Source of the DNA: an uncultured Gammaproteobacteria bacterium
GTDB lineage: Bacteria > Pseudomonadota > Gammaproteobacteria > Steroidobacterales > Woeseiaceae
Length of the DNA: 64,000 bases
Direction: 5' to 3'
Assembly (NCBI GenBank): GCA_937899415.1
Contig: CALBPI010000069.1
Coordinates: 4,280-68,279, forward strand
Both the position numbers and the translations under genes were made by a program. The notes under the pieces were generated by a model. It did no database searches and was not told where the DNA came from. It was given only the letters and a program-made list of their open reading frames with translations. Below are positions 52,564-61,100 of the stretch, in pieces. The number at the start of each line of letters is the position of its first letter. Position 1 is the stretch's first letter.

Positions 52564-54771
52564 ATGATGGACATGACCCGCAAATTGTCGGCTGGCAGCC
52601 TGTTGCTGGCAGGCTCGATTGCTGCAGCACACGCTCAGGATACTGACAACGACACATCGATTGACGAGGTGATTGTCCGTTCCTCGCCGCTGCGGTCAAG
52701 CATCTCCGAGGTTGTCCTTGGCACCAGCGTCATCCGCCGCGAAGAGATTATCCGGACCCTGGACGGCACGATTGGCGAGACGCTCGCAGGTCAGCCTGGC
52801 GTGAGTGCCACATTTTTTGGCCCCGGTGCCTCGCGCCCCATCATTCGTGGTCTGGGCGCCGACCGTATCCGTATCCTGACCAATGACATCTCCTCGTTCG
52901 ACGTGTCGACGGCCAGCCAGGACCACCTGGTTGCCACCGAGATGGGCAATGCCGAGCAGGTCGAGATCCTGCGAGGCGCCGCAACGCTGCGCTACGGTCA
53001 AAACGCCGTCGGCGGCGTGGTTAATGTCTTCGACGACCGCATCCCGACCAGCCGCCCCGAAGGCGGCTTCGAGGCAGAGGCCTTCGCGTCGCATTCAACC
53101 AACGACGATCGCGACACGATCGGCGGCCACGCGGACGTCAGCCTGGGCAACGACTGGGTGTTCCACTTTGACATCACCGACCGTGAGTCCACGGACTACG
53201 AGATCCCCGGTTTCGCCAGCGAAGAAGCTGAAGAAGAAGGCGTTAAAGACCTCGTTGAGAACAGCGCATCCCAGGCCACCTCGACCGCTGCCGGTCTGTC
53301 GTGGCTCGGCGACAAGGGCTACATCGGTTTCTCGGTAGGCTTCCAGGAAGGCAAGTACGGCCTGCCGGGCGGCAAGAAAGAAGAAGAGGAAGAAGACCCG
53401 CTCGCGCCGCCGGCCGCTGAAGAGGAAGAAGAGGAAGGTCCGATCAAGATCGACTTCGAACAGGTCCGCTTCGACGTCGATGCCGAGTACAACTTCGACG
53501 ACGGCTTCATCAAGGCCGCGAAATTCCGCTTCGGCCTCGCCGACTACGAGCACACCGAGTTCGCCGGTGACGAGCCCGAGACGCTCTTCACGAATGACGA
53601 ATGGGAGCTGCGCGCTGAAGCCATCCTCAACGAGTTTGATTTCGGCAACGGTGTAGCGACGGGTACCTTCGGTCTCAGCATCGCAGACCGCGAGTTCGAA
53701 GCCGACGGCGAAGAAGCGTTTGTTCCGCTCAACGAAGTGTTCCGCTGGGGCGTATTCGGCCTGGGTCGCTACACGGTCGACAACTTCATCTGGGAAGGCA
53801 GCTTGCGGATCGACAGCCAGGAAAACGAAACGTCTAACCTGAGCTTCGAAGGCGGCAACTACAGCGAAACCGAGACCACCTTCTCGGCGGCGCTGACCGG
53901 TATCTACCAGATCAGCGACAGCAGCAGTGTTGGCATCAACCTGGCACGCTCTGAGCGCGCCCCGACCGGTGAAGAGCTGTTCTCCAACGGTTTCCACCCG
54001 GCCACGAGCACCGTTGAGATCGGCGACGTGAACCTCGACACCGAAGTCGCGAACTCCATCGAGCTGTCTTACAAGACCAGCGTGGGCAACTTCGACTTTG
54101 GCGCCAACGTGTTCTTCATCGACTACGCCGACTTCATCTTCCTGAGCCCGACGGGTGACTTCTTCGAAGAAGGCGACCCCTTCCCCGCACCCGAAGGCCT
54201 GCCCGTGTTTGCCTACCAGCAGGCGGATGCTGAGTTCTGGGGTTTCGAGATCGAGGCCGACTACCTGGCCGTCGATAACGGCGACCTCCGCGTCACGTTT
54301 GACGGGCAGATCGACCTGACGCGCGCCGAGTCGACGGAGAGCACTACGTTCGGCGGCATCGACAACGTCCGCTCCGAGTTCACGCCGCTGGGCGGCAGCG
54401 CCACGGCGGTGCCGGCTGGCGACCTGCCGTTCATCCCGCCGATGCGTTTCCTCGGTGGTGTGAACTTCGACTACGCGCCCTGGAACTCGAGCCTGCGTCT
54501 CGAAGTGCAGCACGTGGCCGAGCAGGATCGTGTGGGCCAGACGCCGGAAGGCAGTGAAGTCGATGTCGCGGGCACGGTCCCGACCGACAGCTACACGTTC
54601 TGGAACCTCTACCTGACCACGGCGCCGATCCCGAACGCCGAGAACGTCTCGTTCTCGCTGCGCGTACGCAACCTCGGTGACGAGTTCGCGCGTTCGCCGA
54701 CTTCGTTCCTAGCGCAGTCTGCGCCGCTGCCGGGTCGCGACATCCGGTTTGGGGTTAATGTGAAGTTCTGA
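52564..54771 (+). CDS. TonB-dependent outer-membrane receptor (candidate zinc-regulated, ZnuD-like)
   Basis: I chose the start MMDMTRKLSAGSLLLAGSIAAAHA (signal peptide) at 52564, after AAAGAGGA. The plug has DEVIVRSSP and VEILRGAATLRYGQNAVGGVVNV. The C-terminus is the beta-barrel ending ...RDIRFGVNVKF. Confidence 0.9.
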   Translation: MMDMTRKLSAGSLLLAGSIAAAHAQDTDNDTSIDEVIVRSSPLRSSISEVVLGTSVIRREEIIRTLDGTIGETLAGQPGVSATFFGPGASRPIIRGLGADRIRILTNDISSFDVSTASQDHLVATEMGNAEQVEILRGAATLRYGQNAVGGVVNVFDDRIPTSRPEGGFEAEAFASHSTNDDRDTIGGHADVSLGNDWVFHFDITDRESTDYEIPGFASEEAEEEGVKDLVENSASQATSTAAGLSWLGDKGYIGFSVGFQEGKYGLPGGKKEEEEEDPLAPPAAEEEEEEGPIKIDFEQVRFDVDAEYNFDDGFIKAAKFRFGLADYEHTEFAGDEPETLFTNDEWELRAEAILNEFDFGNGVATGTFGLSIADREFEADGEEAFVPLNEVFRWGVFGLGRYTVDNFIWEGSLRIDSQENETSNLSFEGGNYSETETTFSAALTGIYQISDSSSVGINLARSERAPTGEELFSNGFHPATSTVEIGDVNLDTEVANSIELSYKTSVGNFDFGANVFFIDYADFIFLSPTGDFFEEGDPFPAPEGLPVFAYQQADAEFWGFEIEADYLAVDNGDLRVTFDGQIDLTRAESTESTTFGGIDNVRSEFTPLGGSATAVPAGDLPFIPPMRFLGGVNFDYAPWNSSLRLEVQHVAEQDRVGQTPEGSEVDVAGTVPTDSYTFWNLYLTTAPIPNAENVSFSLRVRNLGDEFARSPTSFLAQSAPLPGRDIRFGVNVKF
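53374..53438 (+). repeat. GAA/GAG-rich simple repeats encoding KKEEEEEDPLAPPAAEEEEEEG inside the receptor gene
   Basis: Two runs, aagaaagaagaagaggaagaagac and gaagaggaagaagaggaagg, are separated by a Pro/Ala linker and read directly from the sequence. Confidence 0.8.
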
Positions 54772-54831
54772 TGGGACGCTAAACCTCGCGTGTTGGCTTG
54801 GCCGACGCGCCTGGTTTCAAGCCAGAAAGAG

Positions 54832-54866
54832 AAACGGGGTCGCTGGTTTCAGCGACCCCGTTTTTC
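54832..54866. terminator. Rho-independent, probably bidirectional, terminator
   Basis: AAACGGGGTCGCT, loop GGTTTC, AGCGACCCCGTTT, then TT(C). The 13-bp GC-rich stem is flanked by a T-run on the plus strand and, via the AAA/GAAAGAG flank, by a T-rich tail on the minus strand. It sits between the convergent receptor gene and the small lipoprotein gene. Confidence 0.8.
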
Positions 54867-54897
54867 GTTGCGGTCATGTCCGTGGACCAGAATCCCG

Positions 54898-55134
54898 TTA
54901 TGGCAACGTTGCCGTCGCACCATCGACACTGCCCGTCACCGGTATCGTGGAACCGTCGTTTCGATCGATCACTTCAACGGCAGTGAGCGATGCCTGGAAT
55001 GTCGTCGCAACGGGTGGCGGCGGGGTGACGACGACGTCGCCGCCACCTCCACCGCCCCCACCGCAGGCGCCAAGCGTGCCGGCCACGGCAAGGAGTAGTA
55101 TCGCGTTCGAGATTCGGAAGCGTTTAGAAGTCAT
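54898..55134 (-). CDS. 78-aa lipoprotein, translationally coupled to the giant surface protein
   Basis: MTSKRFRISNAILLLAVAGTLGACGGGGGGGGDVVVTPPPP has a classic signal peptide and lipobox followed by poly-Gly and poly-Pro linkers. Its ATG lies inside the last codons of the upstream gene (GTGACGTATGACTTCTAA). It ends just before the terminator. Confidence 0.6.
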   Translation of the reverse strand: MTSKRFRISNAILLLAVAGTLGACGGGGGGGGDVVVTPPPPVATTFQASLTAVEVIDRNDGSTIPVTGSVDGATATLP

Positions 55135-58100
55135 ACGTCACCAGGTAGTCGCTGTCGCCAGACGGGATGTCAAAGTCCGAGGCGGTATTGAGAGAGAGTT
55201 GCAGAACGCCGTTGTCCGACGAATAACCGCCGGTGCCGATTTCCACATCGCCGGATGAGACGCTGCCGTCGCCATCCACATCCGCCCAGAGTTTGACGGA
55301 GCTGACATCGGCAGCATCGTTGCCGGTCCCCGATGCTCGAAGCGTGATTGAGTTGAGTCGCGTGCTGCCTGTGTTGCTGGTCAGGCGGAAGCGCAGCATG
55401 GGCACGTCGGTCTGCCCAGCCGTGACGTTGACGTCTGGCAACGACAGGGCGCTAAGCGAGACCGTCGCAATGACGCTCCGCATGGCGACGCCCCCCGGAT
55501 CCGAAATCGTGCGGTTGGCCTGGCCGTCAGCGTCATTGGGGCCACCATCGCTCAAGGTGAGCTGCACGCAACGGTGGCCTTCGGTGACACCCGGCTGGTA
55601 TTCGCTGCTGCCCGGTGCCGGGCAGGTTTCCGCGGTTCCCAGCGCAGATGCGATGTTGTCGTTTACGCCGTCTACAAAGGACTGCCAGCCGATGTCCGCG
55701 ACGTATTTGCGGTAGAACGCGTCCGCCGGAATGCTGCCGCCGAGCGGCACCACGACTCGGGCGCTATCGCCCGCGGTCGTTAGTCCGTCAATCGTGAAGT
55801 CCACAGGGTCCGTCAGGTAGCTGAACTCAGCGTCCTCGGCGGCCAGCGCCGGTCCGCCGTCGCTGCCGAAGGCCGCTATGTCCGCGAGCGTAATCGCCGC
55901 ATCGTCGCCGGCGGCCACGGCAGTCGATCCGAGACGTAACGTCAGACCGGGGTCGGTTTGCAGGTAGGCCGAACCACCCGCCTCACGCAGCAGCAGTGCC
56001 GTACTGTCAACGGCATCGAGCCAATCGGCAACGCCGTCGAGATCGGCATCGCCGATGCCGTCACTTTGGTCAGAAACACCGTCACCGTCCGTGTCGTTTG
56101 CGTCGTCGAGCACCGGCGCATTCGTCAGAACCCGCAGCCAGCGCTGCGCGACCTGGGGCTGCAGCGGATTCCCGGTGTCGACCACGTTGAGCCGCACCCG
56201 GTAGAGCCCCTCTGCCAGCCCCGACGGGTCAAAACTGAATGTTGAGGCGTTGTAGCCTTCTGCAGGTTGCAGCGCAGAGTCAGTCAGCGACCAGTCGTAC
56301 AACTGGCCGTCCGACGGGTTTGGATCCTCGACCAGCGCCTCCAGGCTGACCACGCCATCCGCTGCAATGACCACGGTACGCGGCTCACCGGCCTGGCTGC
56401 TGGAGATCGAGACTTCCGGCAACACATTGCCCTCTGCAATGATCAGTCGCTGGGTCGCCGCATTACCGATCACGGCACCCGCCGCGCCGCTGATCGCGAG
56501 GTCCACGCTTTCTCTGTCATCGCCAAGGCCATCTGCGATGAGACTGATATCGAACGACGCTTCCAATCCGTCGCTGATCTCAAGCGATGTCGTTGCCAGG
56601 TCGTAGTCGACATCTGCTGTGGCCGAGCCTGTTGCTTCGATGTCGAGTACGACGGGGTAGGCCGGTGCCACTCCGTTAAGCTGTACACGAATCGTCGCCA
56701 CAGACCCCTCCACGCCCGCAACGGAAGATCTCGAGAAATTCGCCTGAGGCAATACATCGAGCGTCTGCATCGCAGTCGCGGTATTACCCGCGGCATCCGT
56801 CGCCTGCCAATTTAGACTGTAGCGACCCGGCCGATAGGGCCCGGCATTGTCCACGGTTGCCGCCAGCGGGCCGTCGAGTACGTCGTTCGCTGTCGCCGCG
56901 CCGAGACTGATCGGTGTCAGGTAACCCGTGGACGCCACGACGCGATCGCCCGGTGCACTCAGCACGGGAGCCACATCGTCGCTCGCGATGTCCGTGCCAT
57001 TCAGGAACTCATCAACGTTGCTGCGACCATCACCGTCCAGATCGGCGCCCGCATCGCTCCCATCCTGGGGATCCAGGCCGGCCGCCGCCTCGTAGGCGTC
57101 CGGCATGCCGTCGCCATCGGAGTCCGCGTTGTAGCTGGGGTCCAGCGGAAACGCATCGACGTCGTCGTCGACACCGTCGTTGTCGTCGTCCGAATCACAG
57201 ATATCGCCCTCGCCGTCGTTGTCGAAATCTTCCTGGTTGGGCGATGCAATGAGCGGGCAGTTGTCGGCGGCATTCGGAAAGCCGTCGCCATCCATATCGT
57301 CGTCACAGGCATCACCCAGTCCGTCTCCGTCGGTATCCAACTGGTTGGTGTTGGCGTCGGCAGGGCAGTTGTCGAGCGTGTCCGCGACGCCATCGGCGTC
57401 GCCGTCGACCTGCGGTTCGCCACCACCACCGAAGTAGTAGCGCACGAAGCCGCCGTCGCCTAAGTAGCCGCTAATGTCGATATCGGGCGCACCCGCGACA
57501 AAGTCGTTGCGACCGTCGCCGTCAATGTCGCCTGTGCCGAGCACGCTATAGCCCAGCATGTCGCGTCCGCCATCGTGGTAATCGGGTTGCGGCTCGGGCA
57601 GCGGCAGTACACCGCCATTGAAATGGTAGACCGCGCCTTCGTCGGGCGTGCTGCCCTGCTCGAAGCGGTTGGCACCTACCAACACGTCAGCGCCCGTCTT
57701 GTCGGCACTGGGGTCGAGGGTCGACACGCTAACGCCGAACTGATCGCTCTCGTTCTCGGCGGCCACTTTAGCCGAGAATGCCGGCGTGAGTTGCGTCCAC
57801 CAGGTGTCGCTGCTGGCGTAGACGTAAGCGGCACCGCCGGGACCGTTGCGGTAGGCCCCGACGACCAGATCGTCAATCCCATCCGCGTCGACGTCACCAT
57901 TGACGTCAATGCTGAAGCCGAATCGGTCGCCGTTGGACTCACCGGTAATGAAGAAATCCGGAGTCGTTCGAATCGGCTGACTCCAGTCTCGCGTCGAGCC
58001 GCGGTAGATGTACACCTGACCATTGCCACTGGTGCTGCCGACCAGAAGATCGGCGAGCGCGTCGTTGTCGATGTCGCCTACGGCCAGGCTGGCGCCCAGC

Positions 58101-61100
58101 GCAAAGCCACTCGTTTGAGGCCCGATGAAGGTCTTTGCGGGCCCAGCCGGGGTGGTCAGCCAGTCATCCGACGCACGGAATACGAGCACCGCGCCCTGTC
58201 CGCTGAAGAGATCGTCGCGGCTTGGTGCACTCACGATCAAGTCGTCGATGCCGTCGTCGTCGATGTCGGCGGCCAAGACCGCCGCGCCCAGATTGTCGCC
58301 GGCACTGCCAAAGAGAGTGCGCGTCGGCGAGGCGGGCAAGCCTGCTGCGGTTGCGAGATAAATGCTGACCTCGTTGTTGCTGCCGATGGCCAGATCATCG
58401 AATCCATTGTCATCGAGATCGCCGATCGCGAGCGCCCGGCCGAAGCTTGTAAAGGTTTCGATGCCATTAGTTGCCGCGTCGATGCGCTGCAGCGCGGCCG
58501 TCTCAAGCCCGTTGGCGGCGAGCTGCACAAACACAGCGCCGTTGCCGTCGAACGCCGGCGCGCCGATCGCGACATCCGCCAGTCCGTCACCGTCGACGTC
58601 GCCGCTGGCAAGCGCAAAGCCAAATCGGTCCGAGAAAGGAAGACCTTCGGCACCGCTGCTGACCTCGCCGCCGCGCAGATAGGCATCGGCCAGAAACGGT
58701 CGGCCGCCCAGCTCGAATTCGCGCCGGTTGTCGAAACCATCGCCATCGTCGTCAAGCGTCGCATCCGACGCATCGTTGGCGTCGAGGCCGAAGTCGTCTT
58801 CGAATTGATCAGCAATGCCGTCGCTGTCGCTGTCTGAGACGTAGCGCGCATCGTTCGGGAAGGCATCGTCGGCATCGATAACGCCGTCGCCGTCCTGGTC
58901 AGAGACCTCCACCGCAAAGCTGCCATAGGTCACGTTGTCGAGACGCGGCCCGTCATCGGTCTGCTCGGTCGAAAACTCAAAGAGCCTCGTTTCCCGCGCC
59001 GTGTCCAGATCGACACGAAGGGTCAGCACAACGGAGCTGGTCTCGCCGACGGCGATGTCACCCAGATTGCAGACAACCGACGCTTCGACCGTGCAACCAT
59101 TGCTTGCCGCGAGAACCTGGACTTCCGCGGGCGGTTCAATCGTGACGACGGTGTTGTTGGCGCCGAAGCCGGTCCAGCCGACGGGCTGCTCATTCAACAC
59201 ATCAAGCGTCAACGCGAAATCGGTGTCGGGCTGCAATGCGGCATCGTCTGCGCGCGTGACGCTGACTTGTGTCACGTCGACGAGCGTCAGAGTGCTGCTG
59301 CCCTGCAAGTCGGCGCAGATCACGTCGCCGCTATCGGTCATGCACACCGAGAAGCCGATCGTTGAGTCGACGAACGTGTGCGCGCCCAGAAGGACACCCG
59401 TGCCGGGCAGCCCGTTGCGCTGGGGATCCATGGGTTGGCCGTTCTCATCGAAGATGCCGATGTTCTGCCAGCCGTTTGCGGCCGCCGCCGTGACGCCGTC
59501 GCCCCAGTCAATGCTGTGCGCGGTCAGCTCCGCGTTGGGATCGCGGTCCGGATCTTCGAAGTCGAACTGATAGGCCTGCTCGAACCCGCGTGGAATCTGC
59601 AAGTCGTCCGGCACGGTGATGACGACATTATCGGGCACCGGCAAGACCGTCAGTAACACGTCTGCCGGCGCTTCGGCCGTGTCGGTGCCGTCGGAAACCT
59701 GGAAGGCGAGCGCGTCTTCGCCGTTGAAGTGCGTGTTCGGCGTGTAGCGATATTGCGCGTTGTTCGCATTCGTCGCCAGGAGCTCGAAGCTGCCGTGCTG
59801 CGGTGTCTCGAGCAGGCTTACGGTGTGGGTATCAAAGCCGCCGAAACCCACGAAACCGTCGGGGTCGCTGGCACTCAGGCGCACGTACAAAGCCTCGTCT
59901 TCGGCCACCACGCAGGGCGTCTCAACGCTGAAGCCGACGTCGGCAAAGCAATTGGCGCGCAAGTCCTGCGGCGGCCGCTGATTGGGTTGCACAGAAATGG
60001 ATACCAACGCCGGATCGCTGGCATCAATGCCGTCATCCACCCGATAGCTGAACTGGTCCGCGCCGCGGTAATTGACACCCGGGACGTATTCGACGCGCAC
60101 GCTGTCGGCCGTGACTTCCGTGAACGGCAGCGTCTTGAAGATATGAAGAAAGAAGTCACCTACGGCCGCGCGCGATTCCAGGACATGGAAGCTGTCGCTG
60201 TTGACGGAGACGTGCTTTGGCGGGCCCATGTTGCCGAGAACGAAGCTGCTGTCGTTGGTGATGCCGCCGCCCACCGATTGCGCCTCGCCGGCGAAGACAC
60301 CGTCTGCACCAAATCGTTGAACGCGGAAATTGTTGACGTCAACGACGTACAGCGTGTCGTTGGGGTCGATGTTCATATGCGAGATGACGTTGAACTGACC
60401 CGGACCACTGCCGGCGCCACCGTCAATGCAGGTGTCATCGGTGCAGCTAAAGCCGTTGGAGTGGCCTTCCGCCACAATGCAGTTGTTGAATTCGACACCC
60501 GTCGCCGGGTCGATTTGGTTGGCCGTGCAGGCACCCAGCCAGCCGACATAGTCGCCGATGGCAATGCTGCCATCGAGTGCGACCTTTGACGCCGTGAACT
60601 TGTGAATCTTGTGCTCGCAGCTGTCTGCGATAAACAAGTTGCCTTCGCTGTCGGTGGTCATGGTGAAGCCCAGACCGTCCTCTGCGTTGGCACCAACGAC
60701 GCCCGGCAAGGTGTCGCACTGGCTATTGGCAGTCAGGCCGTTGAAGTCGGTTGCCTGCCGCAAATCAGCGAGTGCCGGGCGTTCGAGCACGCCGTCGAGC
60801 GAGAACGCGAGAATTGTCTTTGTGTCGCTAACGTAGACGACACGATTGGCAAGATCGGCGTGGGCACTGGTCAGCTGGGCCGCCTCGACCAGGCCGAAAG
60901 GATTCGACGATCCGTCTACCAACAGATTCTGGCCCGTGGGATTCTGTTGATTCGGTCTGACATACCACCGATCGAAGTTCCGGTCGACTGTTTTGATTCG
61001 AAAATCCGACGACGTGCCTGAAGAGAATTTTGTGTAGAACCAAAGGTTGCCGTTTCTGTCGACATCGAAGATGCGGTTGTCGCCCTGCATGTAATCGCTG

